NCBI RefSeq assembly: GCF_902713615.1
Contig: NC_052158.1
Location: 86,498,822 to 86,562,821 of the forward strand
DNA from: Scyliorhinus canicula
Taxonomy: Eukaryota
Reading direction: 5' to 3'
Length of the DNA: 64,000 bases
The first letter of the stretch is position 1, and every line of letters starts with the position of its first letter. A program made the position numbers and the translations under genes. The notes below the pieces were generated by a model. That model saw nothing but the letters and a program-made list of their open reading frames with translations, was not told the DNA's origin and did not search any database. Shown here piece after piece: positions 35,827 to 49,158 of this stretch.

Positions 35827-36794
35827 GGCAGGTTAAGTTGACAAGTGCCATGCCTATTAAATGTAGATTTTAAAAATGCTATTCATATTCTACAATAATA
35901 ACTAGCTTACATTAATAAACAGCATGATAACCCAAAGACAGTGTGTTTGTGGTCATTTTAAATATTAATAAAATTTCTGTCAATATGTAGCCGATAACAA
36001 ATTATAAATGTAATGTACAATAACAAAGTATTATTCAGTACATCCTCCAGACTTTGTTTATCAAAGTGATCATTTTAAGGGGTCATATCAAAGTTATAAT
36101 ATCTGCTTTAATTGTTCTTCAATGGAACCATTAATTTCTTTCTCATGTATGTAGTAAGCTACCAAGTTTCAATGTCAGTAGCTGTAAGGCAAAAGAATCA
36201 GAGGCAACATGAGACACCTTTTTAAAAAAGGGATCTGCTGTGATCTGAAATGTACTGTCTGAAAGAGTAGACAGCAGATGATTTAATCATTACATTCAAT
36301 AGAGAATTGGATTAATACTTGAAGGGAAAAATATAGAAAGCAGATCCCAGATGAGTGAAACCAATACCAAATAACCTGCAATGTACAATATACTGAATGA
36401 CCTACTTTTGTGTTGTATGATTCTATAAATTATTTTATTCATTTAGTTCAAATCAGTTTTTTGGGGAAATATTCAATATGTAAATTAACCACAGATTAAT
36501 TTTCTGAACCAATTGATTTTTATGTCCAAAATAGCATCAATAAGGTTTTAGTTTATAGATGATGGCATCTTGCACCATTTTCTACTGCAGCCTCAAATAC
36601 AGATTTTGCTTCAATGTGTCATATCAGTGTGGGGAACATATAATAGTTTTGGATTTGTACTCACATTTCCAACAACCTTTGGGAAGCATCTATTTCTTCA
36701 CAGTTCCAAAAGAAATCATCATCCTTCCCTTGCAATTTGAAGTTCAGTTTGATTAGAATTGAAAGGATGTTTGCAAGATAAAATATAGTTAGCA

Positions 36795-37430
36795 TCCAAC
36801 TCTCGTTTGCCAGTGCTTCCCTGCAGACAGCAGACAAGGACTTTGCATCCTGATTTGCATTGGCACAATTAACAAAGCCATATCTCCAGAAATCACCTTT
36901 ATACTGCTTTGTTCCTGATTTCTCAATGTGAAGTTCACCAGAGGCTTTAGAGCTCTGACTCCAGCTCACACCAACACTGCTTTGTCCTGCCCTCGACTCT
37001 CCTGGCAGTTCTCTCCAGCAGACTCAGTTGCAAGATCGTGGCCTGTGTTTCTGGCCCTCTCTTATCACAAAATCACGCACCTTCAGCTCTTCAGAGTCCT
37101 GTTACTTGCATTCTGCAGCTACAAAGTGGAGACATCTCCCCTCCGTGATTTTGTGCACATAGCGTCAATGCACTGGGCACATGACTTCAGCATACATGCC
37201 GGGCATGTGACCTGCTCTCTGTCAACCACTTCTGGCGAGAAGATTCCAGTGTCCGCGTTTACAGGCCAGTCGTGGCTGGCATTTTAAAACTTAAAAGCTG
37301 GTCGCGGCTGGCATTCTTACAAGTAGATTGCGTGCTTTGGACACTTCTCCCGTGATCAGGAACGCGCGACCCTCCCAACACCCACCCACAACCTACTTAC
37401 AGGTCGTGAACACCAGTTTGAAAAACCCTG
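36795..37430 (-). mobile_element. hAT Buster/Charlie 5' fragment (TIR plus BED-finger remnant)
   Basis: TIR AGTTTGAAAAACCCTG at 37415-37430. KQYKGDFWRYGFVNCANANQDAK..VCREALANES matches the transposase at 51768. Confidence 0.75.
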
Positions 37431-38244
37431 CTTTATGGAGTGCTTTTTAAAATGTCACATTCAGATGCTAATCATCGTAAAGCTAAGAATTAGCTGAAGG
37501 AGTATTGGATAGTACTCTGAAAAGCGACCTCAAATTTAAGCTAATTGATAAAATGTTTAATATTGAAAGCTGCACACGATACTTATACTTATCAGTAAGT
37601 ATTTTGCAAAACTCACTTCACTTCCTGGTTGCTGTTTTTTTTTTAAAAACTTGTGCTCAAAATATTAGATAAATACTGAGAAATACTGTATTTTTTCACT
37701 TGTATCTGTTTGAGCCCTTGTAATGTAGGCAAAGGACAGGTCAGGTAAAGTTGTAACATTAATCAGACAAGGACTTTAATGCCATCCTTTGAGGGATTTC
37801 TCCTGCTCAGTACTGGCAGGAGGTTCAAAAAAACTTTTATGCCAAGTCTAACTCCAGACACTGCAGATTTTGTGCTATGGATCCTATTGGTCTTAGTTTT
37901 AGAAGTGTTCCTAAGTGCCACACCTGGTTGCCTTGATGGCAGATGCAGGCACTCTCATCTCACGTCTGAAATACAGCTCGTCAAATTCTAAATACCCTTC
38001 ATGCTCCACTAGATAATTTCAGTGAATAGCCAACGTCCACTGAGTATGGAGCTTATGAGTATGCAAACTTCCCAGTCATGTCTGATTTCCAACACTGAAG
38101 TTTAACATAACCATTGAGCTTTAGTCAATCTCCAGTGTATCTACTAAAACAAAATCCTGCATCATTTTCCGCTTATTTGCATAACCTTTTGGTCTTAACA
38201 TCTACGCATTTCAGTTTTGCCAACTGTTGAATTTCTCAATAAAT

Positions 38245-38347
38245 CTGCGTGGGTCTCACCCCCACAACCCTAAAAAGAAGTGCATGCTAGGTTCATTGGC
38301 CACCCTAAATTGGAAAAAAAAGGGGGCTCTAAATTTATTTGTAAAAA
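38245..38347 (+). mobile_element. 5'-truncated family B SINE
   Basis: 16-bp TSD GAATTTCTCAATAAAT at 38229-38244 and 38348-38363. Confidence 0.8.
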
Positions 38348-38387
38348 GAATTTCTCAATAAATTATATTATTTAAATAAAGTTTGGA

Positions 38388-38546
38388 GGGGGCGGCATGG
38401 TGGTGCAGTGGTTAGCACTGCTGCCTCATGGCGCCGAGGACCCGGGTTTGATCCCAGCCCTGGGTCACTGTCCGTGTGGAGTTTGCACATTCTCCCAGTG
38501 TCTGCGTGGCTCTCACCCCCACAACCCAAAAAGATGTGCAGAGGTT
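38388..38546 (+). mobile_element. 3'-truncated family B SINE
   Basis: GGGGCGGCATGGTGGTGCAGTGGTTAGC head through AAAGATGTGCAG. Confidence 0.75.
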
Positions 38547-39091
38547 ATGTCTGTCATTTTACCATCTACTGGTAGGTGCTGGCCATACCTATACTGCTGG
38601 AACTTTTGTTCCATTGCCTAAATGTCTGATTTATTGCTGTAAGCCCTATCCAATCACATGAAGTCAACTCCACTGGAAAAGTAAATTATACAGCACTGGT
38701 TTGTTCAAGCCTACTCACCTCCTTAAAGGATTACCTGTTGAATTTTGATTCTGGAACTCACATGAAACAGTAGTTACATACATATGAACATACAATTTAG
38801 GAAGAGTAGCCCATTTGGCCTCTAGAGTCTGCTCCACCATTCAGTAAGATCTAATTGTAACTTCAACCTCACATACCTGCTTACGCCCGATAAGCTTTCA
38901 TCCCCTTGTTGATCACAAATCTATCTAGCTCTGCCTTAAAAATATTGTAAGACTATTTACACTGCGTTTTGAGGAAGAGTGCCAGAATCTCATGAAACTA
39001 ATAGAAAAAAAATTCTCATCGGTCTTGAATGGTGACCCCTTATTTTTGAACAGTGACCCTAGTTCTAGACATTGACAAGAGAAAATATCCT

Positions 39092-39644
39092 TGTAATGAT
39101 ATGTATAGTATAAGCGTAGTAAAGGGTTAACATCAGAAACTATGTGTAACTCAACACTAGATGGCTTTACTAAGTTATTGTATATAAGGCAGCACCTCTA
39201 GGAATTCTGGGAGAACCTGAGCTGAGGAGAGCAGGGTGAGATTTCATTGTAGAGTCATAGCACGAGGTCAAGTTAGTGTAGTTTAATAGTTAGAGAGAAT
39301 ATTGATTACTGTAATACAGATTCAGAATCATTAGTTTATCATGTGTTACTTAGTAAAGTGTGCAAATCTAATCCAGTTTAGTCATGAAAAATAAATTTGT
39401 TTTGATTTAAACTTTTTATTTTTATATTCTTTGTTAACACGACATATCTGGCTATCAGAAAATCCAAGATGGTGGCGGAGCGAGGCGACTCTCTGCAAGC
39501 TCTCCCCAACAGATCCACTTTTTACTCCATGTACTGAATGATCTGTTGAGCTGCTTGCAGTAAAATTCTTTTCACTGTACCTTGGTACACATGACAATAA
39601 AAAAATCCAATCCAATCTTGGTGGAAAAGGCAAGGAATATAACA
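39092..39644 (+). mobile_element. Gypsy-like solo LTR containing a short insert
   Basis: TGTAATG and ATATAACA termini, TATATAA and AATAAA, 5-bp TSD ATCCT/ATCCC. The CR1 resumes across it. Confidence 0.72.
39462..39616 (+). mobile_element. Short bipartite element with a Rex1-type 3' tail
   Basis: CAAGATGGTGGCGGAG head plus a tail near-identical in layout to 2627-2711, ending (ATCCA)n. Confidence 0.65.
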
Positions 39645-40651
39645 ATCCCCTCCCCATCCACCCTCTCAATACACCTCAAGATCATAAAAGGTTTCGACCA
39701 AGTCGCCTCTTATTCTCCTAAACTTTAGTGGATATAAAACTAACCTCTTTAATCTGCCTCACAAGACAGCCTGTCCACTCCTGGTAATAGTCTAGTAAAG
39801 CTTATCTGAACTGCTTCTAATGCATTTATCCATTTTCTTATATAAGGAGACCAATACTGTACACAATACTCCAGATGTGGTCTCACCAATGCCCTGTATG
39901 ACTGAAACATAACCTCCGTACTTCTGCAGTCAATTCACCTCACAATACATGATAACATTTTATTTGCTTTCCAAATTACTTGCTGGACCTGTATGTGATT
40001 CAAGAACTAGGGCATCCAGATCGCTCTGGACCTCAGAGTTCTGCAATCACTCACCATTTAGATAAGCTTTTTTACTCTTCCTGCCAAAATGGACAACAGC
40101 ATATTTTCCCAGATTATATTCCATTTTCTCGATTTTTGCTCACTCACTTAACCCATCTCTGTCCCATTGTAGCCTCCTTACGTCCTCCTCACAATATACT
40201 TTCTTACCAGCAAATCTAGCTACCATATCTTCAGTCTCTTTGTGCAAGTCATTTATATAAATTGTAAAATGTTGAGGCCCCAGCACTGATCTCTGTGGCA
40301 TAGCACTCATCACATCCTGCCAACTGGAAAACAACTCATTTACGCCAACTTTGTTTCTTGTTAGCCAGCCAATCTTCAATCCACACCAGTACGTTACCCC
40401 CTACACCATAAGCTTTTATTTTCCTTTGATATAGCACATTATCAAATGCCTTCTGAAATTATAGTACATCCACCGGTTCCCCCTTGTCCAGAGCAGCGAC
40501 GCTTTTTCACTGTGATCTTTGCCCTGCAAATGTTTCTTTTTTTCTATCCCCGTCTTTGCCATACAAATGCACAAGAGGCAAAGTGGCAACCTTCTTCCCG
40601 CAGTTTGAGAATGTGAAAACAAATCAACCCTTTGAGTTAATCTCTCTTAAA

Positions 40652-40969
40652 GGGGGCAGCACAGTAGCTAGCACTGTTGCTTCACAGCTCCAGGGTCCCA
40701 GGTTCAATCTCCGGCCTGGGTCACTGTCTGTGCCGAGTCTGCACATTCTCCCAGTGTCTGCTTGGGTTTCCTCCCACAGTCCAAAGATGTGCAGGTCAGG
40801 TAGATTGGCCATGCTAAATTGCCTTCAGTGTCCAAGGTTAGGTGGGATTGCTGGGTTGCAGGGATGGGGTGGAGGTGTGGGCTTAAGTAGGGTGCTCTTT
40901 CTAAGGGCTGGTGCAGACCCGATAGGTTGAATGCCTTCTTCTGCACTGTAAATTCTATGATTCTATGAT
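40652..40969 (+). mobile_element. HE1-like V-SINE
   Basis: Head, V-domain and tail CACTGTAAATTCTATGATTCTATGA. Confidence 0.85.
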
Positions 40970-43261
40970 CTCGGCTTGGAGTTAATAGAAAATTGGATCA
41001 CACCAAAATGGAGGGGTTGGGAAACACACCACTACTTCTGAAGGGGGAAGTAAATCAAACACCTTTCTGTTTAGAGACAGGCGGCGTGACGCAACATCAG
41101 GGCGGTTTTACCCCTCCCACCTCCCGATCCAGAGCACAAATTTACAACAGAAGTTAGTATATTGTCAGCAACAATTTTAAGGTATTACCTGATAACCTCT
41201 AATCATTCTTCATGTGATCTTAACAAGACAGTTTCGTCATTATTCTATTTGACTATAAGGTGCATCAGGACCAAATCCAAACCAGCCTTTGCCTGATGTT
41301 CAAACATGCACATTTTCCAGCATGGGTCATAGAATGCCGATCGACAGCAAAAATTGTGGATATTCTGCACTTTACCTGGCCCAAGTTAGCCAAGGTCAAT
41401 TCCATTGCATTTGCCAATAATCTATCTTAAATTACTGAACAACCCTAATGGAAATAAATAGAAACACGCTTCAATCCTGCATGCTACTTGTCTATTAAGC
41501 CATTGCGAGGGCTAGTTTGACTTTTGAAGGAGAAGCATAGTGCGAGAGAGCAATGCCACCTCAGATTTCTCAACCTGAAATATTGACACAATCTTAATGG
41601 AGATATTGCAAGAGAAATTTATAAATTCCAGCAAAAAACATTTTCAAAATCTTACTGCGAACACATCTTTGAAGTTCTTAATGAAGCTTAGACTGGTGAC
41701 ACATCTCGTGAGTTAAATACATCAAATAGCTTTTAAAAAGCTGGATTAAAGAAATTATATTCATCCACCAAACAAGCTTTTCCACATCAAATGAAGCTTT
41801 GAAATCTTTTGTTTTTTCTTAAAATCAGCAGTGCACATACCACATAGCCTTTATTTGAAGGTACAAAAGAGTGCTCACATCATTTCATGATGCACAAAAG
41901 GAGCTCAAAGTAACTGCCTCTGCAAGATTTAAAAATGGGCCAACCCATGAGCAGTTAAAATTCGATCATATACATCCTTACAATATGGAAGCAGACATTT
42001 AGACTCAACACTTGATCCACAATCAAAATGTTTGACCTAAAATATGAATTATTTCACAGCACTTTAAAAGTTAGATTTGATGATAGTGATTGCTGCTACC
42101 GGTGGTGCGCAGGGAAAATAGAACTAAGAGCAGTAGAGTTGCCGATTGCTTGAACATTTGTACTTAATGGAGGTATCCCCCATCTGCAGTCTTTATCTCC
42201 TCAGACTGCTTATCTGGCATCCATTACAGAACGAGCAGAAATTTCCTACAACAAGAAAACCAATTTTTTGGTCCCCATCAAAGTCATTGTTTACATCGCC
42301 CCCAAACAACTATTGCCATGCCCCTCTTTGTAACTATTCAAGGTTGAACCAGACACATCTGTCGTAATTGACCCCGAGATAACTTTCCAACCATATATTT
42401 GCATTATCACCAAGATTACAGAGTAGGAGGGTGGTATTCAAATTCTTGGGACTGTGGGTCCAGTTCTGGGGAAGGTGGACCTGTTGCATCTGGGAAGGAC
42501 TGGGGAGGGGGGGGGGGGGGGGGGGGGGGGTGGGGGTGGGGGGGGGGGGGGGAGAGAATATCAGGGAGGGTTTAAATCAGAATTAAAACTACCTTTGGTT
42601 TCTAACTGTCACAATCTCAGAATAAAGTGCCAACCATTTAGGATTGAGATGAGGAGGAATTTCTTTACGCCAAGGGTTTTGAATGTTCGCAACTCTCTAC
42701 CATAAAAAGCTGTGGATGCTCAATAATTGAGGACAGCAAATCCCCATTTTAAGTCATTCCACTTTCACCTTGGACAGTTAATGGGCCTGTATTTGTGTTT
42801 AGCACTGGGATTTTTGTTTTAAAATCATTTCATGCCAGGTCTGACATTTAGGGCCATGTAACTCAATCAGCACCATTTTGGAGCAGCCTCTGCTACTGGT
42901 TTATACATACTCTCTCTCTCTCTCTCTCTCTCTGTGCACCCTCCAATTGGTGGCCTATGCCACTCCCTGCTGCCTCTCCTGCTTGCAGCTTACTGCCTGC
43001 AAGTCAAAGTACTCTTCGTACCCTTACTGCTCATTTCCGGAGCCCTCGCTCAGAACGAGGATTTACGAGAGGGAATCAGCAAGTGGGAGGTTCAATATGA
43101 GAAAGAGTCTGCAGCGACTGGCAGGGTTTAGGGAGCAGAGAAGGCCGTGAACTAAAAGGTCAGTAAGGGGGAGGGGGTTGTCGTCACGGAGCAGGATGCG
43201 TTTGGCGAGCATACAGTCAGTGGCGAGTAGGAGGTCAAGTAGAAAGTTAGCATCTTTCATA

Positions 43262-44625
43262 TAGGCGATGGCAGGGTGTCAGTTATATATGGGAAGTTGA
43301 AGAATGAGGGCAACCCAGAGGAGGAGGTCCGGTGCAAGTAGGAGGAGGAGTTAGAAGGGATGATGCAAGCGGCAGTGTGGAGTGATGCTCTGCAGAGGAT
43401 AAACTCGTCCTCGTCGTGTGCAAGACTGAGTCTCATACAGTTTAAGGTGGTGTATAGGGCTCACAAGACGGGGTATAGGATGTGCTGTTTTTTCCCGGGT
43501 GTGGTAGATAGGTGTTGGCGGCATGCAGGCCGACCGGCAAACTATGTCCATATATGTTGGGCATGTCCAAGGTTGGCTGGTGTTCCGGACAGAGTTTGCC
43601 AAAGTAAGGTCGAAGATTTTGAAGTGGACGTGGCAGCCAGCCCTTGGGTGGCGACATTTGGGGTGTTGGAGGATCCGGGAGTGCAGGTGGGGAGAGAGGC
43701 TGAAGTGGAAGTCTTTGCCTCCCTGATATTCCGGGGGTGGGGCGTGCTGAGCTGGCGAGACTCAGCCGTCGAAAGTTGGATGGGTGGGCAACTTGGCAAA
43801 GTTCCTCCACCGAGAAAAAAATAAAGTTCACCATAGTAGTGGCCGAGGGGGGGTTATCCACAAGGTGGAGGCTGTTTATTGACTTATTTCAGGAGCACTA
43901 ACACATCAGCCGGGGGGAGGGGGGGGGTCTGTGTTAATCGTGTATTGTTTAGCCAGGATGGGGACTCGCGATTTTTGGGGTTGGGGTGGAGCCGGGTGTG
44001 CAGGAGGCGAAAGAGGCCGGTGTGCTGGCCTTTGCATCCCTAGTAGCCCGGCGAAGGATTTTGCTACAATGGAAGGATGCGAGGCCCCCAAGCGTGGAGA
44101 CCTGGATCAATGACATGGCGGGTTTTATTAAGCTAGAGAAAGTCAAATTCGCCCTGAGAGGATCGGTACAAGTGTTCTTTAGGTGGTGGGCAACCTTTCC
44201 TCGACTTTCTGGCTCAATGATAGGGTACTGGGACAGTAGCAGCAGCAACCCGGGGGGGGAGGGGGGAAGGGGGAGGGAAAAGGGGGGGGGGGGGGGGGGG
44301 AAGAGAGAAACGATGACTATGTTTGTTTTTTTAATTTTAATTTATTTTTAAGTTCTCTTGTTGGGGTTGGGGGTGTTGGGGGATATGATACATGCGTTGA
44401 TACGGTCTGGGGGGTGTTACAGTTGTTATGGGTTATTTTGTTGCATTTCATTGTTTGTTGTTATATTTTATATTTTCTGTAAAAAATTCCAATAAAGATT
44501 TTTTTTTTTTTTTTAAATTGTGTATCGTTTCCTGTTGCTGTTGTTTGTTCGTTTCTTTTCTGCAAATATTTGAAAATACCTCCAATAAATCTTTTTTTAA
44601 AAAAATGATTTTGAGTTGATGTAGA
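43262..44625 (+). mobile_element. Decayed 5'-truncated L1 (ORF2 C-terminus plus 3' UTR)
   Basis: AVWSDALQRINSSSSCARLSLIQFKVVYRAH..C..H.CWACPRL is homologous to the ORF at 3923-5330. Ends AATAAA plus an A tract. Confidence 0.8.
43951..44515 (+). mobile_element. Second L1 3' fragment nested in the 3' UTR of the first
   Basis: AGVLAFASLVARRRILLQWK..LEKVKFALRGS. TSD AAT(C/T)GTGTAT(T/C)GTTT at 43936-43950 and 44516-44530. Confidence 0.8.
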
Positions 44626-45126
44626 CAACCAATCTTGCTCATATTAAATGGTGGAGCAGACTCGGAGGGCCAAAAGACTTACTCCTGCTCTTATTTCTTG
44701 GGTTCATATTTTATGATTAAAGCTTGGTCAAAGACATAGATTTAAAATGGCATTATAAATAGTTGAGGGCCCAGATAATTGAAGGTCTGGCTGCCAATGT
44801 AAGGCCAAGAGTTGGAGGAGTGCAGACTTTTCATGTTGTAGTGTTGAAAATTATTGAGATTGTTACTGCTTGAAGAGATCTGATCACAAAGGTGTAACAT
44901 TTTCCCCAGTTGTAGGGCACCAACCACCCCTGTATCAAAGGAGGATGGAAAGATTATGGCCAATATATCCTGTTATGCTGCGAAGGGTCGGGCGATGGTT
45001 TAGGTGAGGTTTAGAGAGACACATAAGCAACCAGAAGACCAAGTCAAATCAATAATTTCTTGATTAACACTTGTGGAGACACATAGCCAAGTTCATGGTC
45101 ATATAATTAGAAGGGCTCAGGTTACT

Positions 45127-45344
45127 TTTTTTTGTAAAATTTAGTGCACCAATTAATTTTTTTCCAATTAAGGGGCAATTTAACGTGACAAAGCCACCTC
45201 CCCTGCACATCTTTGGGTTATGGGGGCGAAACCCACGCAAACACGGGGAGAATGTGCAAACTCCACATGGACAGTGTCCCAGAGCTGGGATCGAACCTGG
45301 GACTTCGGCGCCGTGAGGCTGCGATACTAATCACTGTGCTGCCC
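45127..45344 (-). mobile_element. Family B V-SINE
   Basis: 16-bp TSD AAGGGCTCAGGTTACT at 45111-45126 and 45348-45363. Confidence 0.88.
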
Positions 45345-46027
45345 TAAAAGGGCTCAGGTTACTCATATAGTCCATCGTCAGGTTCCAAAGTGGGCTCACT
45401 GTCCAATACTGGTCATAGCCCACAAAGCACACAGCAAGTAATTCATTCAGGAATCCAATTTACTCCTCTATTCCACTCCAAGGTCCTTTGCTCGGTGATC
45501 TACTCATAAAGGGCTTACAGCTGAACCTCATGTCCAAGATGGTCGTGGGCACACTTCCACAATGAACATCTGCAGTTCCTTCTGGGATTGCCGGCAGCCA
45601 TCTTGTATAAGGCCTGGCTGGACTTGGCAGCCGTGTTGAGTGAGGGACGGATGCAATCTATAAAGTGGAGGCGCGAGTACCATCCCTCTAATATTCGACC
45701 CGTGAGACATCAAACTCCATAATTTCCAACCTTACATCTGTAGTCATCTTAAGATGGCCACCTGCAAAGGACCATGGGAATTATGGCCAACCCAGGACTC
45801 AGACAGATACAGAGCCTGTGTGTATTTGAAACACAGGTAACTAGACCTGATCGAAACCCCCTGCTCATTTGCATTTTAATGGCCCATTTTCCCAGAACAA
45901 TAGAACTCCAATCAAGAAACTGGTACAGCCAAAGACTGATCGGCGCCACTCCCTTTACTCAAGAGAGCCCAACTGCCAAGGTCAATGACCGCTAAGGACC
46001 CTCCCAGCTACCAAGGCATCCGCCCCT

Positions 46028-47469
46028 TGTAATTGAAAATATGGACAGATGTGTCATTTGAAACATGGTGGTCTGGCAATATATGGTCTGAGAGAAACAT
46101 GAGAGGATACAGGGAAAGATCCCATGAAGGGTTAACAGCAGCTGCAAAGAGCAGGATTATAAAATGCAGATTCCTTCTCCCAAACAGGCTTAGCAAACAA
46201 ACAGGATTTTTGTATGAAGCTAAAAACAATGGCTCACACCTTCATTGAAATTAACCATCTTAGTAAGCATCTGGAAAAGCATGGATGAGGGTTTCAGTTG
46301 AGTTAGGTGATAAATATAAACCTTCCAAGTTATAACCAAGTGGAATTTTAGCATTACGCTAAAAGCAATGATTCACACCTTCATTGAAGTAAAATCAGCA
46401 GATAGAAAAGAATGACTAGGGTGGGCAAATATATAGGTGTGAAATTCTGCTAACACCAGGTAAATTAAAGAAAACTGGAGACAACCTGTCTACAAAAACA
46501 CAAATTAGACCCAAATCAAAGTCAAAATTATGAGCTGGGGACACAATTCGATAATAAAACTATAGAAATGACAGGAACCAAACCAAAATTCACACCCTAT
46601 TGGAATCAAAGCATTTTGAACATCACAAAGGAAACAATGTAATCAGAGATCTATGAGCTGAGGTCATGCCCTAAATGAACACTTAGTCGTGTTCGAAAAA
46701 TTTAGATTAAAGGTACCTTTTCCAATCCAAGGGAAATAAAAGTTACTTTACAATAAAGTCATAAAAACTTAATAACTGTTAGAAAAATATATCAAACCTG
46801 AGCAAGGGGCAGAGATGCAGAGGGGAGAGAAGAAACAAGAGAAGCAAGCAGAGCCAGCTTACAGTCAGCTCGGTCATGGGACAGAGCAAAGCAGCTAAGC
46901 TAAAACAGCTAATACATCTAAGGAAGACCAGAATTTAAAGAGGAGGCAGAGTCAGCTCAGAGCCATCCAGCAGAGCCAGCTCTCATAGCTCGGTACATGG
47001 GATCGACAAGATATAGCAACCGAGCTAACCAGCGATTACATCTAAAGAAGACCAGACTTTAAAGAAGATGGATTGTCAAGGTGGGCCTGGAGGTCCCTTC
47101 AACCAACCAGGAGGGTCCAGAAGCAAGATTTTTTACCTTTCTGTAAAGACAGTGATTGTAGCTTTAAAAAGAAAAAATATATAATAATAAAATAACTTTT
47201 AACCTGAAACAGTGGTTATTCCTAAGTCTACTTTACTTACTTAGCAATGCGGGACCCAGGATCGATGCTACTAAGTGGCAAGTAGATGAAATCTTCTGTG
47301 AAGTTATGGGTTATACTGGGGGATAACTTGAAAATATAGTTTGACCTGAATAGCACCCACCGAAGCCTGCATAGGAGTCAGGGAGTGAGAATCCCTGTTC
47401 ATTATTTAGAATGTTGGCCCTTTTTGGTACAGGGGGAATTCTAAGAATAGTGGTGAGTTTTCAACAACA
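46028..47469 (+). mobile_element. Long solo LTR (1442 bp) nested in another LTR
   Basis: Termini TGTAATTGAAAA and TTTTCAACAACA (imperfect inverted repeat). 4-bp TSD CCCT. Internal ~120-bp tandem duplication at 46848-47068. Confidence 0.82.
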
Positions 47470-47790
47470 CCCTGTATTGGCCGTAATCGAATACAGTGAT
47501 CAGAGCCCTGTCGAACTATTGGGTGCAAGATCAAGGACCGCCCCAGAGAGCGCGAAATCCCAGAGGGATAAAAGACAGCACAGCCATGTGTTCTGTCTCT
47601 TTTGGATCTGGCCTGTGCCAGCCCAACTGCAGCAGGAACAGCCAGCCAAGTTCAAAACCAACAATCACTATCTGACGGATGAGCCGAGCAGAGCCAGAGC
47701 CACTTTCTTCGAACCAGCCAAGTGAAATCCAGATGATGGCCTTATCCAGTTGCACAGTGCCCGTCACCCTGAAATTAAGTATCGGTTATT

Positions 47791-47978
47791 GAATGAAATG
47801 AAATGAAAAGAAAATCGATTATCACGAGTAGGCTTCAATGAAGTTACTGTGAAAAGCCCCTAGTTGCCACATTCCGTAACATGTCGGGAAAGCTGGTACG
47901 GGTATTAAACCGTGCTGCATGCCTGCCCTGCTCTGCTTTCAAAGGCAGCGATTTAGCCCAGTGTGCTAAACCAGCCCC
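47791..47978 (-). mobile_element. SINE family C nested in an LTR
   Basis: (GAAAT)n tail and GCTAAACCAGCCCC head in reverse. Confidence 0.82.
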
Positions 47979-49158
47979 TGGCTGCATTGTATTGTAGCTG
48001 ATCGGTGTAGTTTAACCCATCATATTGTGTTTGCATGTCGAGGTAACCCTTGTGTATGTAAATAAACCATCTTTTGAACTACTAACCGGTTGTTTGGTCA
48101 TTTGATCGATACAAGGGAAGGCTTGTGGTTTACCAACATTATCATTAATATTAGCAACAGTATTGACAACGCTGTTGGGATCGAAAACGAGCAACACATC
48201 CCATCCAAATGATGAATCTGATCCATTCTAGCGATTTATCAGCTTTATGTTCAGCCAGCCTTTCTAATACCACATTTTAATTGTTAGCACATCAAGTGCT
48301 CAACTACTACTTCTTTCACTACAACTTTGACAGCATCTTCTTCCCTAGTAAAAACAGATGCAAGTACTAATTTAGGATCTCAGCTATGACCTCTGTCTCA
48401 ATAGATATACAGCCCTCCTCCTCCATTCACGACTCATAAGCCTATAGAAGACTTCTGGATTCCCTTTTATGTTGGCTGCCAATCTCCTCTCATATTCTTA
48501 TTTCCTTTTTCACTTCCAGTCTGGTTCTCACTTGCAATATGAACCTATCATTTGTCACATGTAGTCTTGACAGAATCAACCATTAGAGACAGACACGGAT
48601 TTAAATATTTAAAAAATGAATCAGATTCTTTAAAATAATTATTGTCAATTAGTGAACTTGAAAAGAGCTAGTTGGAAAAACAAATACAGCTGATTTCTAA
48701 CTTGCACTCTGTATCTCAAATCAAAATGGAAATGTGTGTTTTCTAACACCAGCCAGTGAACCAGAGACTTACTGCTGGGACAATGGTAGCACAGAACAAT
48801 AGGGCCAACTTTTTATTTATTTATTTATAAAAAAAATTTTTACACAGTTGCACTTCAAATAAGCAATGCAAGGTAAGAAATAAGTTGAATGGTTTATAGC
48901 AAATGAGAGAAAGTGAGAGCAAGTAAGAACACAAATGTGTGCAAGAATGTATAAGCAATTGGGAGAGAAAGAACATTAGGCAGCAATGTGGGGACGAAAA
49001 AGTAAAGGGAGAAAGATCAGATGTTCTGCTGAGAGATTTACATGCTGCTGCAACAGGGCATCCAAAGGCACCTGCAGTTCATTAAACTTGTCCCTCCCGC
49101 CTTCAGCTTAAAATTTGCCCTCAAAGGTGCTGATGATGTTACAGCAAAGTGAAATAGG

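Larger units (their letters stand above)
38776..40490 (-). mobile_element. CR1 LINE 3' portion, interrupted by an LTR
   Basis: 3' UTR in reverse at 38776-38850. The RT remnant reads VNELFSSWQDVMSAMPQRSVLGPQHFTIYINDL. Confidence 0.8.
45739..48196 (+). mobile_element. Solo LTR (~830 bp net) carrying a nested LTR and a SINE
   Basis: Termini TGTAGTCA and ACGAGCAACA. 4-bp TSD CATC at 45735-45738 and 48197-48200. AATAAA at 48061. Confidence 0.85.
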
